Below, in pieces: positions 28,763-43,813 of a DNA stretch of 64,000 nt; position 1 is the stretch's first letter; each line of letters starts with the position of its first letter. The DNA comes from Eledone cirrhosa (Eukaryota): NCBI GenBank assembly GCA_964016885.1, contig OZ024759.1, positions 24,614,001-24,678,000 of the forward strand, given 5' to 3'. Made by a program: the position numbers and the translations under genes. A model generated the notes under the pieces. It saw only the letters and a list, made by a program, of their open reading frames with translations, did no database searches and was not told the origin of the DNA.

Positions 28763-28890
28763 TGAAGAAATCGACTGTTTTCAGACCTGGAGAGAGGATG
28801 TGCTCCGCCAGGTTTTAAATGTCCAAGATACTCTGTATGTCATGACGGCGCCTCTATGACTTCATCAGGTGTTACGGATCCATACAAACG
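28763..28890 (+). repeat. Unclassified interspersed repeat, also at 53485-53610 (+) and 41160-41265 (-)
   Basis: Shared GCTCCGCCAGG..TTAAA(A)TGTCCAAGA..GTTACGG..CCATAC. Two of the three copies lie shortly downstream of an old SINE (28480-28640, 53335-53465). Confidence 0.6.
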
Positions 28891-29239
28891 TACAATTCCC
28901 CTGTTTGTCTACACATCTTTGCTCAGTCTCACACTTCTGCATTAGATATCGTTGCCACCATTACTAACGAAAAACACAGCCAATGTGTTTCAATTAATTT
29001 TTCAGTTAAAAAATTTAAATGGATTTAATAAAATAACTAACTTGTTCATTATTAAGCTAGTGTACGAATCATGACTGAACAAATATTTTCATATAATTAT
29101 AAACATTTTAAAACTGGAAGTTTTGTATCAGAGCCAGTTTCAAGCTGGTTGGCATGAAAAACCCTGACATTCAGTGGTAAACCAGGGGTTGGAAACCTTA
29201 ACAACTTGAGGAACAATTTTTTGTTTTAAAATATATAAT

Positions 29240-29465
29240 GATAATAGTTTCAGATTTAGGCACAAGGCCAACACTTTTTTGGACAAGGGAAAGTCGATTT
29301 AATCGACACCAGTACATTACTGGTGCTTTATTTTCTCGACCCCGTAAGGATAAAGGGCAACGTTCACCTCCGCAAGATTTGAAATCAGAACATAAAGGAC
29401 CTATATAACGATATGCCACAAAGTATGTTGTCCGATGCTCTACCGATACTGACAAACCACTGCCC
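29240..29465 (-). mobile_element. Old long-form S1-related SINE
   Basis: Diverged S1 with the extra internal segment. Confidence 0.75.
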
Positions 29466-29754
29466 TCAATAAAGATTTTTGATTTAGGTACAAGATCAAC
29501 AATTTTGGAGAAGGGAAAATCGATTAAATATAAAGTACCGTTGTTGTTGGCGGTGGTGGATGTGGTGGTGATGGTGGTCCTGGTCGAGTTGGTGGCGGCA
29601 GTTGTGTTAGAAGTGGTGGTAGTAGTAGTTATAAAGGCGTGGCATGTGGAATTTTAAAGGTTGACGGATCACAGAGGAAGAAAGTGGTGGGTAGGAAAAT
29701 GGAGCATAAAGGAAGGTAGTGATTAGGTTTGTTTGTAAGGCTGCCCCATCCGCC

Positions 29755-30170
29755 TGTCTAGCACACAATCCTTTTGTCAGTATGTCTGTATGTCTGTATG
29801 TCTAGCACACAGTCCATTTGTCAGTATGTCTGTCTGTCTAGCACACAGTCCATTTGTCAGTATGTCTGCATGTCTGTATGTCTAGCACACTGTCCATTTG
29901 TCAGTATGTCTGTATGTCTGTATGTCTAGCACACTGTCCATTTGTCAGCATGTCTGTATGTCTGTATGTCTAGCACACAGTCCTTTTGTCAGTATGTCTG
30001 TATGTCTGTATGTCTAGCACACAGTCCATTTGTCAGTATGTCTGTCTGTCTGTCTGTCTAGCACACTGTCCATTTGTCAGTATGTCTGTATGTCTGTATG
30101 TCTAGCACACAGTCCATTTGTCAGTATGTCTTTATGTCTGTCTGTCTATCACACTGCCCATTTGTCTGTC
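29755..30170. repeat. 44-bp minisatellite
   Basis: Unit TCTAGCACACAGTCCATTTGTCAGTATGTCTGTATGTCTGTATG, about 9-10 copies. Confidence 0.92.
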
Positions 30171-30647
30171 TGACTGTCTGTTTTAACCACACACCCTCAA
30201 CTCGTCTTCACAAGTCAGCTTATTTCTGTTATGTGAAGCATACTTAATATTGCTTTAATGGGGGGCTTAATTAGTATATATGTATACCTCGGGGGGTCTG
30301 TTGTGTGCGTGTGGTGTGTGTAAAGGCGCGTGGCTTGGCTTAGTGGTTAGGGTGTTTGGATCCCAATCTTATGGTCGCAGGTTCGATCCCAAGTGACACA
30401 TTGTCTCCTTGAGCAAGATAGTTTATTGATTTCCTGTTACTCTAGGCTACATATTTGGAGGGATCGGGAGGGAATGAGAACTACATTAAAGTTACATGTG
30501 CCTAAGAAATGCGCAGCCACTTGCACGTTAGTTTTGGCTGCTATTTTTAGCATGTCAGCTAAACATGTAGAAGGTTCCTCATTCGTTCGTATTTGGTCAG
30601 CTGATCAGGCTGTTGGTCGTTGTTACATTGGCACCAATATGATGAAT

Positions 30648-30943
<296 letters not shown>

Positions 30944-31047
30944 AAGCTATCAAATAACGATTTCATAACACGTAAAGCAAGGTCTAATTAATTTAAAGCT
31001 ATTTAAGACGAAAAGGATCTTGATAACTTAAACACATATATATGTGT

Positions 31048-31079
<32 letters not shown>

Positions 31080-31580
31080 CTGTGTGTGTGTGTGTGTGTG
31101 TGTATGTGTTCGTGTGTTTGTCTGTGTGTATGAATGGGTGTGTATGTACCTATATGTACCAAAGAGCTATAAACACATCCAATACGACAGGGTATTTCTT
31201 TTTCTCACTTGATCTCTCCTCTATGTGCTTCTCTATGCCCCCTCCCCCTCTTTGCCTCTCACCTCTCTCTGTACCCCCCCCCCTCCTCTCTATGTCCCCC
31301 TCTCCCTCACCCTCTCTCACTTCTCTACACATGTGTGTTTATGTTGTATTGGATCTCCGACGGTTCTGACAACGGGTGTTCTCATTGAATCGATCAACGA
31401 GGACAGCCTACTCGCGAAATTAATGTGCAAGTGACTGAGCATCCTCCCGCTGATGCCTGTATCCTTAATTTAGTTCTCAAGGAGAATAAGCATGACACAG
31501 TGCGTGACAAAGGCCCTTTCAATTACAGGTACACCTGAGTTCTCGGGCAGAGTGAGATAAAGTGTCTTGTTCGAGGTCAT

Positions 31581-31760
31581 GATTGGCAGTATCGGTAGAG
31601 GGTCGGACGCCATGCTTTCCAGCATAGTTACGTCCCTTTATGATCTGAGTTCAAATCCCGCCGAGGTTGACTTTGCCTTTCATCCTTACGGGGTCGATAA
31701 AATAAAGTACCAGTAATACACTGGGTATTTTCTGGCCTTGTGCCAAAAGTAGAAACAATA
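31581..31760 (+). mobile_element. SINE S1 inserted at an old S2 copy
   Basis: S1 sequence, with an S2 remnant at 31360-31578 on the minus strand. Confidence 0.88.
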
Positions 31761-31914
31761 TATTATATATAATATGACCTTGAGCAACACATATAGTGTA
31801 TATATAGCATATGTATGAGTTGCGATAACACTGGTGATAATAAGCTGTATCTGCTTCTGCCTATATGTTATAATTATACACACACACATATATATATATA
31901 GAGAGAGAGATAAT

Positions 31915-32035
31915 TATTTCCTTCGAATGAAACAGTTCTAGTCCTGTAGAATCCATTTCTATATTAAATCTTGTATATGCTCTACTATGTATTGAGTACC
32001 TTATTTACTGTGGTGATCCCTGATTGAACCCGGGA

Positions 32036-32040
<5 letters not shown>
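31915..32040 (+). mobile_element. Family B element, 5'-truncated within the HHR core
   Basis: ATTTCCTTCGAATGAAACAGTTCTAGTCCTGTA^GAA..TATTGAGTACC..GAACCCGGGAC followed by (TA)n. Confidence 0.75.
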
Positions 32041-32103
<63 letters not shown>

Positions 32104-32187
32104 ATTATACTCCAGTCCTACAAACTGTAGAGTGCTACTTATCCGATATCTGCATTGCTTTATTGTACTATAATAAAACTCACCTCC

Positions 32188-32227
<40 letters not shown>

Positions 32228-32287
32228 TATATTATATATATTATGGAATACTGTTGGCTTTTTGCTACAATGTTTTCTATACCTTTC

Positions 32288-32354
<67 letters not shown>

Positions 32355-33299
32355 ATAACAGTTTTTGCTTTTCGCTTAGACAGCATTTGTGGCGTAGAGA
32401 GGAGAGACTAGTTGCTCTTCCAAAAAGCTTTTCGCTAGAGTTTTGAGCATTTGAGAGGGATTTTCCAGGTGTCATCCCTTGTCCAGTGAGTACCGAAGGG
32501 GTCTTTTCAAATATATATATGTTCTGAGAAAACAGCAGTAATACTTGTTTCATGGTATATTGAGAGAGTGGAGGATAGACAGAGAGGGAGAGGAGGTAGA
32601 GAGAGAAAGTAATATAACAGATAGAGTGAGGAGAGAGGCGAGAGAGAGAGAGAGGGGGAGAGGGTAAAGAATGAGAGAAAGGGTAAAGAGAGAGAGGGGT
32701 TAGAAGGAGAAGGCGGATAGAATGTGGGAGAGTGGGTAGAAAGAAAGAGAGAGAAAGGGGGAGACAGCGATGGGAAGGTTAGAGAGAGATGGAGGGAGAG
32801 AGGGAAGACAACGAAGAAAAAGTTAGAGGGAGATGGAGAGAGAGAGAGAGAGAGAGAAAGTGTGAAAGGGAGTGGGAAAGAGAGAGAGTGAGAGAAAGCA
32901 AGAGAAAGAAAGAGAAAATGAGAGAGAGAGAGAGAAAGAGAAAGTGAGAGAGAGAGACAGAGAGATAGATATATAGAAAGAAAGAGAAAGCGAGAGAGAG
33001 AGAGAGTCAGAGAGAGAGATGCTGCAGTACTGACAGCTTCCACTTGTCAAACTTCTCATCACTTAAAACAAACCGTTTACTTTAACATCACTCATTGAAC
33101 CAAGAAATTGTAAACTTTCGGTGAAATTCCATCTTAGGCTAATACGTACGTACGCACACACACATACATATACGAACACACACATACATATACGAACACA
33201 CACATACATATACGAACACACACACATATATACACATAAACGTATACACACGCACACACACGCGCACACACACACACATACACACATATATATATAAGG

Positions 33300-33878
33300 A
33301 TTTCTACTACAGGCAAAAGGCCAGCAATTTGGGGAGAGGGAAAAGTCGATGAAACCTCGGCAGGATTTTAACTCAGAACGTAAAGGGGCGTAACCAGATG
33401 CCATAAAGCATATTGTACGACACTCAACGAATTCTGTTAACTATACAAAATATAATGTAGGTATATATAATTGTTTCTACTTTAGGCACAAGGCCAGCAA
33501 TTACCCAGTGCATTACTGGTACTTTATTTTATCGACCCCGTAAGGATGAAAGGCAAAGTCAACCTCGGCGGGATTTGAACTCAGATCATAAAGGGACGTA
33601 ACTATGCTGGAAAGCATGGCGTTCGACCCGCTACCGATACTGCCAATCTACCAATATATAATGCATATATATATATATTATTATTATTATTATTAGGGTT
33701 GGCAGTATCGGTAGAGAGTCGGACGCCATGCATTCCAGCATAGTTACGTCCCTTTATGATCTGAGTTCAAATCCCGCCGAGGTTAACTTTGCCTTTCATC
33801 TTTACGGGGTCGATAAAATAAAGTACCAGTAATGTACTGGGTAATTGATGGCCTTGTGCCAAAAGTAGAAACAATTAT
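33300..33878. mobile_element. SINE cluster: old copy (-), S1 33467-33652 (-), S1 33697-33878 (+)
   Basis: Two S1 copies head-to-head, about 45 bp apart. Confidence 0.88.
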
Positions 33879-34549
33879 TATTATTATTATTATTATTATT
33901 TTTCAATTTACATATATGTATTTGCGTATAATACCAATATGCACACGACATATGCTAGCAGAAAACCGCCCGAGGCGGTTTTTCTGCTAGTTTAACTTAA
34001 TAACTGGTTGACTCTTCCTTCTGTGTGTGTATGTGTGAGTTGGTATGTATTTGTGTGTGGTGCATATATGTATGTGTTCGTATCTGCGTGTGAGAGGGAC
34101 ACTTTATCCGTGTGTTTGGGAAAGAGGATAACATTTCCTCTGCGTACGTATGCGTATGCATATGTTCGTATATGTGTGTGTGTGGACTCAGGTGTATATG
34201 TATGTTTGTAGAGTAGGTGTGAATGTATGTGTGTAGTTGTGTGCATGTGTGTGTTTGTAAATTTATACGGTATAATTGTGATTGACCAAAATGGCTGCCA
34301 GATGCCAGTCATGTGTAACAACAACGGTAATTAACACTACAAACCTTCCGACAAATCAGGAGAACTTTCAGTTCGTTTCATGACTTTGTGGCTATAACAC
34401 ACACACACACACACACACAAATACATACACATACACAAGCACCAACACATACACAAGCACACACACACACACACACATACACAAGCACACACACATACAC
34501 AAGTACACACACATACACAAGCACACAAGCACACATGTATATGCATACA

Positions 34550-34641
<92 letters not shown>

Positions 34642-34774
34642 TGTATATATGCATATATATATATGTATGTATATATGAGCTTTCAGTTCGTTTCATGACT
34701 GTGTGGCTATAACGCACGCACACACACACACACATACACAAGCACACATGTATATACATACATACATGCATACA

Positions 34775-34828
<54 letters not shown>

Positions 34829-34852
34829 TATGTCTGTATCTATCAATCTATC

Positions 34853-34883
<31 letters not shown>

Positions 34884-35009
34884 CACTTTATCTCTGTCTG
34901 ATTGTAGTATCTGTGTAATTATCTATCTATCTATCTATCTATCTATATATATATATATATCTATCTATCTATCTATCTATCCATCTATCTATTTATCTAT
35001 CTATTTATA

Positions 35010-35208
35010 GGAAAAGAGTCAAGGCCCCGACGGCTGAGCTCCGGCCGTTTGGACAGCTAGATCTGAACTGTTCAGTTCTAGCTGTCGAAACGGCCGGAGC
35101 TCAGCCGTCGGGGCCCTGACTCTTTTTCTATTACCCACCGTACTACCCTAAGTATCGAGTACCCTGCTCCTTAATGGTCCACCTGGTTCCTTACCACACT
35201 TCCTTCGT
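35010..35208 (+). mobile_element. Family C subfamily element with fold-back
   Basis: Inverted arms with the variant stem III GAAACGGCCGGAGCTCAGCCGTC^GGGGC and the family C tail. A separate tail fragment lies on the minus strand at 35426-35498. Confidence 0.8.
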
Positions 35209-35327
35209 ATTTATATACCTACCTATCTACCTGTCTAACTGACTACCTACCTACCGACCTACCTACCTATCTATGTATATTATCTATTTATTTGCATTAT
35301 TCTGTCACTCCATCTCTCTAGCAATAT

Positions 35328-35429
<102 letters not shown>

Positions 35430-35652
35430 AAATGTGGTAAGGAACCAGGTGGACCATAACGCACCAAAGTACTCAATACTTAGGGTAGTAGAGTGGGTAT
35501 ATATATGAATAAAATTAGTCCTTCATCGATGATTTTCCAACTTTCATTGGTATTTCATCGCTTTAATATATATATATATGTCTCCCTACACCCATATCCC
35601 TTTTTTATGTGAAGTCGTATGGACTTATAGTTAAAATCTTGGATTAAGGATT

Positions 35653-35824
35653 ATAATTGTTTCTACTTTAGGCAGAAGGCCAGCAATTACCCAGTGCATT
35701 ACTGGTACTTTATTTTATCGACGCCGTAAGGATGAAAAGCAAAGTCAATCTCGGCGGGATTTGAACTCAGATCGTAAAGGGACGTAACTATGCTGGAAAG
35801 CATGGCGTCCGACCCTCTACCGAT
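35653..35824 (-). mobile_element. SINE S1 with 16-bp TSD
   Basis: GATTAAGGATTATAAT at 35642-35657 and 35822-35837. Confidence 0.92.
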
Positions 35825-36057
35825 TAAGGATTATAATGTCGTATATTTGTATTTGTTTCACGGGCAGTGCGCCTTATTCATGAACGAGGCGTTTCATTTC
35901 AAGGTCAAACTGGGGCCCTTGTCATTAAAACACAAACGAAACCTCATATGAGATGTAACATTGTGGGAGGCCAGCAGAATCTGCAGAGACTCTTCACATG
36001 AACGTTTTGCAGCTTCTGGCTTACAAGGAATCTCTGTACACACACACACATACACAC

Positions 36058-36122
<65 letters not shown>

Positions 36123-36123
<1 letters not shown>

Positions 36124-36205
36124 TAAGACACTCTTCCTGCTATTTCAAGCGTTAAACTAATATACTATACCGTTTGTTTTGTTTTTTCTGTTTACCTTTT
36201 ACATA
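36123..36205 (+). mobile_element. Family A tail starting at the predicted cleavage site
   Basis: Begins TTAAGAC.., matching family A GAAACGTT^AAGAC, then AAGCGTTAAACTAATA..TTTCTGTTTACCTTTTAC. Confidence 0.6.
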
Positions 36206-36422
36206 CATTCATATATATATATATATACATGCACACATATGTATACATACAAACATATATATATATATATATATAAAACAAAGAATGAACAAACAAGAAG
36301 ATGGATTAACATAAAGTCGTTTATGTGCCTGTATATATATATATATATATATATATCAATGTATGTTTATACATATATAGTTGCGGGTACATACACACAA
36401 GTACGATATATATATGTATATG

Positions 36423-36498
<76 letters not shown>

Positions 36499-36888
36499 CG
36501 TGTCTAGTGCTAAATGTTTTATGTGGAACTACTCTACTTCTTGATAAGTGTTCACACATGTTATCGATAGTAAGCCGTCAGTTTTAAGGGAGGTAATCAC
36601 TGTATTTATATCAATTAACAGAGGCAATCAATAAATACGTTGAAATTGCCAGGGGTTATTATTTTTTAATGATAGCTACATGTCATAAATTGTTAGCCGT
36701 GGCATCCTTGCTGTCTGACGGATATACATTATATCTGAATTATATATCTGTATCTATGTGTGTGTGTGTAAGGTCTCTCTCGCTCTCTTTCTCTCTCTCT
36801 CTCTCGACATATATATATATATATATGTATTTCCCTCCATACTTTCGCATCAACCCTCCCTTCTCTCTTCTCTTCTCCTCCTCACTCT

Positions 36889-36965
<77 letters not shown>

Positions 36966-37670
36966 TCTATCTATCTATCTATATATATATATATATATAT
37001 ATATATCCATCCGTTCGGTTTTGATTGTTGACATGTTTACACGTGTCGTGGTGGCCTCTCTGTCCGCAATCTTTACGACACGTTTTTACCACCGTCGTAA
37101 AAAAAAAAAAAAAACTTCTGGATTATCTCCCTTTCCCTTCTTCTCCTCACTTTTGGTTGCCCGTGTTTCTCTCTCTCTCTCTCTCACTTTCTCCTGTCTA
37201 TGTGAGAGGCAGCACGATTATACCAGCTCTGAGTCGTAGCTGACCACCAGGCTAAAGTCTCCCAGGTTGGCCATAACTTACTTTTCCTATTTTTCCACGG
37301 TTACTTATTGCATGTTTCTTTCACCCGTGTCTTCCCACGATGGGACCTGTACATTTTATTTTCTCCTATTCCTTTCCTATTCCCCTCCCCCTTTCTTCCT
37401 CTTTCCTCATATCCCCCCTCCCCTTGTTCTTCCTCCTTTCCCTCTCTTTCCTTTTTTCTCTCCTTTTTCATCCCCCTTTTTTTCTCTCTTTCTCTCTCCT
37501 TTTCCTCCTTAATAAAAGGCCTCGGGCACACCCGAACTACATCGATGTCCTGTAATTCAACGCCGAAATATCGGTTCGGGAAACATTTACATATATATAT
37601 ATATACATACATATAAATACCTTTATATGTATTTATATATAACGGTATCCTATATGTATATATATATATG

Positions 37671-37713
<43 letters not shown>

Positions 37714-37908
37714 GCACACGCGCACACGCACGCACACATATACATATATATATATATATATATAGACGTAAATATAGTGCGGACTTGGCTTATTATAGAT
37801 AATTGTCGGTGGCACTAACACAGCGTTGTTCATAATAGAGGGGAATATGAAAACACGATAAGTTTATGTATAATAAACACACGAGAAACTCACTCTGGAA
37901 GCAGGCTC

Positions 37909-37965
<57 letters not shown>

Positions 37966-37968
<3 letters not shown>

Positions 37969-38050
37969 CCGACGAGCTTTTGCTTCCAGAGTCGGGCCAG
38001 ATCGATACAGATCGAACCTTGAGCTGGTCAATAGCGAAACGCGCGTAAAC
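37966..38050 (+). ncRNA. Type I hammerhead motif with C4 core and long stem II
   Basis: GUU-CCGACGA-GCUUUUG..CCAG-loop-CUGG..CAAUAGC-GAAA-CGCGCG-UA^AAC. Stem III is the palindrome ACGCGCGU. Starts directly after (TA)n. Confidence 0.65.
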
Positions 38051-38104
38051 AACCAATAAACGTAATGAAGACATCACAAATCTTTCTTTTATATATATAT
38101 ATAT

Positions 38105-38291
38105 ATAATTGTTTCTACTTTAGGCACAAGGCCAGCAAATACCCAGTGCATTACTGGTACTTTATTTTATCGACCCCGTAAGGATGAAAGGCAAAGTCAA
38201 CCTCGGCGGGATTTGAACTCAGATCGTAAAGGGACGTAACTATGCTGGAAAGCATGGCGTCCGACCCTCCACCGATACTGCCAATCCACCG
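38105..38291 (-). mobile_element. Full-length SINE S1
   Basis: S1 sequence in reverse, near-identical to the copies at 33467 and 54210. Confidence 0.92.
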
Positions 38292-38388
38292 ATAATGGTT
38301 GTTAATATATAATGTATATAAAAACAAATTCAGAAGAAATACTATTCAGAAGAAATTCTATGTAAGGTTGGAATATTATATATATATG

Positions 38389-38423
<35 letters not shown>

Positions 38424-39046
38424 GCATGTATGTATCTATGTATGTATGTATTGACTTGTTCTTCTTTTTGGTAAATATCATCTTGGTTAAGAGAGTGGGA
38501 CTGGCTTTGTGCAGTGCCTTTGCTCACTATAAAAGCTTCACGGCACAGGCATTGCTTTATATCTGGAGATCTCTCTGCACTTGTTGTCACATGGTACCAT
38601 GGGCCCAGCACTATGTGTCAATAATTGTCACAAGTGTAGTGTTTTTACCAGAGTTTTCAAGTCGCTGGCTGGATTAAAAAGTCACACTCGTTCAGCGCAT
38701 CGGTAGGGGTTCTCCTACATGGATATAAAGTAGTGGCCGTACTCGAAAACGAGTTGGCAGCCACCATGTATGTATGTATTCTAAAGTATGTCTCAAGCCA
38801 GAAGGCTCGTTAGGCCGGAGCTTTTCCCAGTTTTCGCGACTGAGTTTACAAGACTACCCCTGGACTTGACGCCCGTCCATCGCAGAGTTAAACCCCCAGC
38901 TGTTGCGCATTTTCGGCTAGGCATACTGGAGCAGGTGAAATGAAGTGTTTTTTCTCAAGAACACGAGACGCAAACCAGCCCAAGAATCGAACCCACGACA
39001 TTATGATCGTAAGTCCAACACCCTTACAACTAGGCCACGTACCTCC

Positions 39047-39122
<76 letters not shown>

Positions 39123-41735
39123 TTGGGCATACAATTTATTTCATGTTGCTGCAATCCACTCAACTATAAAACACTTAGTTACACTTATGTTTCAAAAACC
39201 CAGCCTTGTCACATACTGTGTTATGCTGAATGTGTCCGAGAACTAACTTAAGTGTACACGTGTCTGTGAAATTCTCATCCGTTTAGAAGTTAATTTTACA
39301 AGCAGACGGTTTCGTTTATTCATACAGCTGAAATAGCCGTCGTCGGAACCCCTGGAAGTCCAACAACATAACTGTGACAGCCATGTCTATTAGACTAAGG
39401 TGAAAAGGCAAATCTCTAGGATTTATTACATCAATTTTGGAGATTATGAAGAGAGATTTAATAACATATCTTGAACGCAGTAAACTATCTAAGATCGAAA
39501 TAATTCTCAGTCGAGATTTTCAACATCGCTTTCCTTATTATCAAAAGATTTATACCGAGAGATATTGTCATCCCTTATTGAACGAGCCCTTCAAATGTAA
39601 ACTTGCAGAAAGAATTATACTATGCCTTAGCTTAAGTGAAAGGTGTCTATCTTATATTCTCAGCTTTAAAATTAAATAAAAGGCTGAAAAATAAGGTTCC
39701 TATCCATATGTTTGATTTTTATGAAATCATAAAAAATACATAAAATCTGCCCTGACGGGCGGTAAGCTTTTGGCAGTCTGAAGATTTCAGCTGGTTTATT
39801 AATGTTTATAGCCCCACTGGGCTACTGTAGAAATAAGTTATTGGATGGCGAATGCACCGAGGTGATGATATGATTGGATAAGCTACGTCGTCGACTGATT
39901 GTAAAGTGTTAGTCTCGGAGGAATTGCTTAGGACGCTAAATCAATTGTCTCTAGCTGGAAATAAAGAACTGCAACATATGACTTTGAGCTGTTTAGCGAC
40001 TCGGTGACAAATATGCCGAAAGTGCCTATCAATTGTTACGTATAGCTCTGCACCATTCTCCATTAAAACAACATATGTCTCTACAATTATTTTTTACTTA
40101 TCGCTTTCCCAGTAACAACGGCTTCCTACTCATTGCAAGATTTCAACATTTTCTAATCTGTAATCAAGTTAATTCTCTCTTTAATGGCCGTTTCTTTACT
40201 TTTCTTTCTTTATTTTATCTTTCTTTCCTTTTCTTATTTTCACCGTTTCTTCGGTTGTTTTTGGTTAATTTTTGTCTGCAATTTTATGATAATGGCTATC
40301 CGGCTTTTATTCACAACGGATGTGACTTTGATAGATCGGTGAGTTAGACCCAGTCAGAGCAAACATCAAATTTCAAATGCGAACGATACATTCCCCGTCA
40401 CCTCACAGAACAGAATAGGTAAAAGAATGCCTACTCGCCATTTTATAGCTATTTTATTAAGATTCTTCCTTCAGGAGTTAGTTCTCTTAGCTTCAAGTAA
40501 ACCAGCCGACATTTTTTAAAAACAATTTTTCTCTCCAATTTATGTATTTTACACATACAATGTTATTATCAACTTCGGTAGTCATTGTGACTGATAGCAA
40601 ATAAGGGAGATAACACGATCGATTCGTTGGATCTCCGTCGGTTTCGATGACGTGTAGTCCAGTTGATCGTTCAACAGAAAAGCATAATCATGAAATTAAC
40701 ATGTAAGCGTCTGAATATTCTACCGACACGTATACACTTAATGTAAATACTCGACGGTGGGGGGGGGGGTTAGCATGGCACAGTGTGTGACAAGGCTGGA
40801 TTACAGGTACTGCTCATCTTGTGTTATAGTGTAAGTGGCTGAGAATTCCACAGACACGAGTACCGTTAAACGTAATTTTCGGGGTGATTCACCGTAGTAC
40901 AGTGTGTGACAAGGTTGCACCTTTCAAATAAATGTATAGCCCACTTTTGTCAGCTGAGAGCACTGGAGCAACGTGAAATAGAGTATTTTGTTCAATGACT
41001 CACCATCTCAATCCGTCCTTGTCATCCAATGTTCGTGGTTGGTCCTCCAGATTTCACTCAACATACATTGATGTTTGATGTAGGTTTTGTGAGGTCTTCC
41101 TCATGCTTTTGCGTCCATAACAACACACCAACAATTTTTTCCTTTGCTCTCCACGGTATGGTATGATATGATCCCATAACTTCTGATGGAGTTTCGTAGG
41201 GACACCGTAGTGACATACGGCGTTTCTTGGGAATTTTAAGCCTGTCGGAGCCCACCCATTTCCATGAAGTGTTTATATTTATCTAAAAAAAATCTTCCAT
41301 GATAATTCTTTGTAAGAACCTTGGTTAAGTTATATTTCAAAATTTTAATAATTAGAAAGTTAGTTATATTATATGAATGTCTTCCATTAGAAATATGGCA
41401 ACGAAAGGTTTAAGTCTAAAGTCTGTCTTGAGTCCGGATGCTCATCAGACGGAGATTATCCAGTTTCCGTGGCGTAAAGCGACTGAGAATACAAGACACC
41501 CCTTGGACAGGACACCAGTCATTCACAGGGTTAAACCACCAGCTATTGCTAGGACTCATTTTCAGCTGAGTATACTGTAGCAACGGGAAATGAAGTGTTT
41601 TGCTCAAGAACACAACACTCAACCCAAAGGCTTAAGACATCCAACTATTTTGACTAGCTGTATATCTAATATTCCCTTTTCAAATAATATATACAGTTCC
41701 TTCCTCCCCTCACTCAGCTTTTATTTCTCATTCTA

Positions 41736-41770
41736 TCTCCTGATGAAAGACAATGTCCGAAACGTTAAGA
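41736..41770 (+). ncRNA. Minimal hammerhead motif, family A (element about 41670-41860)
   Basis: UCUC-CUGAUGA-A-AGAC-AAU-GUCC-GAAA-CG-UU^AAGA, with palindromic ACGU as stem III. The family tail AAGCGTGAAACT follows. Confidence 0.65.
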
Positions 41771-41936
41771 CTCTTTTCCCACTATATCAAGCGTGAAACT
41801 TATATATTTCTTCAATGTACTGTCTCGTTTGCTTTGCTATTTCTGTTTACTCTCTGCATATATATGTGAGTGTACGTGTGTATATATAGTCAGACCCTCT
41901 ACCGATACTGCCAATCAATACATAATAATATCGATC

Positions 41937-41969
<33 letters not shown>

Positions 41970-42003
41970 TAAGGATAATTTTGATCAATACATAATAATA
42001 TCG

Positions 42004-42040
<37 letters not shown>

Positions 42041-42464
42041 TCAGAGAAAGAGAGACGACGAAGATAAGATAAGTTATAAAATAATTATGTGAGAGTATTG
42101 TGTCCGAAACTGTGTTCCGTACATTAGGCAGGTCTCGAAGCCGTCATTAATGGTGAGACGTCACTTAGCGCAGTCCATTCACCATCAGTTGAACGGTGTT
42201 GCGACTAACACTTAGTGAACAGCGATTGATGGAATGCTTTATCAAACTGACAAATTACCTCTTCACTCCTAAATCATGGCTTTCCCAGAGAAACCGAGCT
42301 GATAATCGCATTAAAACGACGCGAAATGTTTTCTCTCAACTCAATTTTGGCGCGGAGATTAAGTAGCTGTGGTCGCCAGTGAAGCAGGACAGTTGATGTT
42401 ATAGCACCAAATATAGGAGAGTGCGGCAGTAGCAGCAGACATATCAGAGGTGGGGGGGGGGGGT

Positions 42465-43812
42465 CATGGTGGTGGTGGTGATGGTGGTGGTGTTGGTTGA
42501 GGAGATGATGGATGTTGTGATGGTTAGGATGCTGATGGTGGTGATGGCGATGGTGGTGGTTGTGGTTATGGTGGTGGTGCTGGTGGTGTTGGTTGAGGAG
42601 ATGATGGATGTTGTGATGGTTAGGATGCTGATGGTGGTGATGGCGATGGTGGTGGTTGTGGTTATGGTGGTGGTGCTGCTGGTGTTGGTTGAGGAGATGA
42701 TGGATGTTGTGATGGTTAGGATGCTGATGGTGGTGGCTGTGGTTATGGTGGTGGTGCTGGTGGTGGTGGTGGTGATAGTGGTGGTGGTGATGGCGATGGT
42801 TGTGGTTGTGGTTGTGGTGGTGGCTGTGGTTATGGTGGTGGTGATGATGGCGATGGTTGTGGTTATGGTGGTGGTGGTGGTTGAGGAGATGATGGATGTA
42901 GTGATGGTTAGGATGCTGATGGTGGTGGTGGCGATGGTTGTAGTTATGGTGGTGGCTGTGGTTATGGTGGTGGTGGTGGTGCTGGTGATGGCGATGGTTG
43001 TGGTTATGGTGGTGGTGGTGTTGGTGTTGGTGTTGGTGGTGTTGGATGTTGTGATGGTTAGGATGCTGATGGTGGTGATGGCGATGGTTGTGGTTATGGT
43101 GGTGGCTGTGGTTATGGTGGTGGTGGTGGTGGTTGAGGAGATGTTGGATGTTGTGATGATGGTGCTGGTGGTGGTGGAGGTTGAGGAGATGATGTATTGG
43201 GTGATAGCTATGATACTGATGGTGGTGATAGTTATGATGGTGAGATGGTGGTGGTGGTGATGGTGATTGTTGTGACTGTGATGGTGGTGGTGGTGGTGAT
43301 GGTGGAGGGGGGACAGTGTTAGTGTTGACAGTAATGACAATCATGGTGGTTGAAGTGATGATGGATGTGGTGAAGGCTATGACGCTGATGATGGTGATGG
43401 TTATGGTGGTGGTGGGGGTGGGGGTGATGGTGATGATGTCGCTGGTGGCGGTGTTGGTGTTGGCAGTAATGACATTCATGGTGGTGATGGTAATGTTGGT
43501 GGCGATTGAGAAGATGATGGATGTGGTGATGGTTATGATGCTGATGGTGTTGATGGTGATGGTTGTGGTGGTTGCGGTGGTGTTGGTGGTAATGGCGATC
43601 ATAAATGGTGATGGTTATGATTGTAGTGGCGGTGGTGGTGGGGGCTGAAAAGATGATCATCGATATGGTGATGGTGGTAGTAGTGGTGGTAATGATGGTG
43701 TTGGTGGCGGTGGTGGTATTGGTAGCGAAGGTGTTGGTGGTGATAGTGGTGGTTGTTATGAAGGTGCTTGAGAAGTCGATGAGTGTGATGGTGGTTGTTG
43801 AGTTGGTGATTG
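42465..43812. repeat. (GTG/ATG)n-derived repeat with about 96-bp higher-order units in its first half
   Basis: GTTGAGGAGATGATGGATGTTGTGATGGTTAGGATGCTGATGG recurs at 96-bp and then irregular spacing. Confidence 0.88.
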
Positions 43813-43813
43813 T

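Noticed and set aside
28821-28877. Minus-strand CUGAUGA-A-GUCAU..AUGAC as a hammerhead
   Set aside because: No GAAA follows stem II, and the homologous copies at 41160 and 53485 do not conserve the core.
29755-30170. CRISPR-like array (also 24670-25436 and 51570-52010)
   Set aside because: Units are contiguous tandem copies without unique spacers, the context is eukaryotic, and there are no cas genes.
33955-33990. Hairpin CTAGCAGAAAACCGCC-CGA-GGCGGTTTTTCTGCTAG as a terminator
   Set aside because: Rho-independent terminators do not apply in this eukaryotic context. It is more likely another small fold-back.
40370-40490. Mariner transposase relic (RYIPRHLTEQNR, similar to WVPHEL)
   Set aside because: Only one short motif with no supporting D,D34D region or TIRs.
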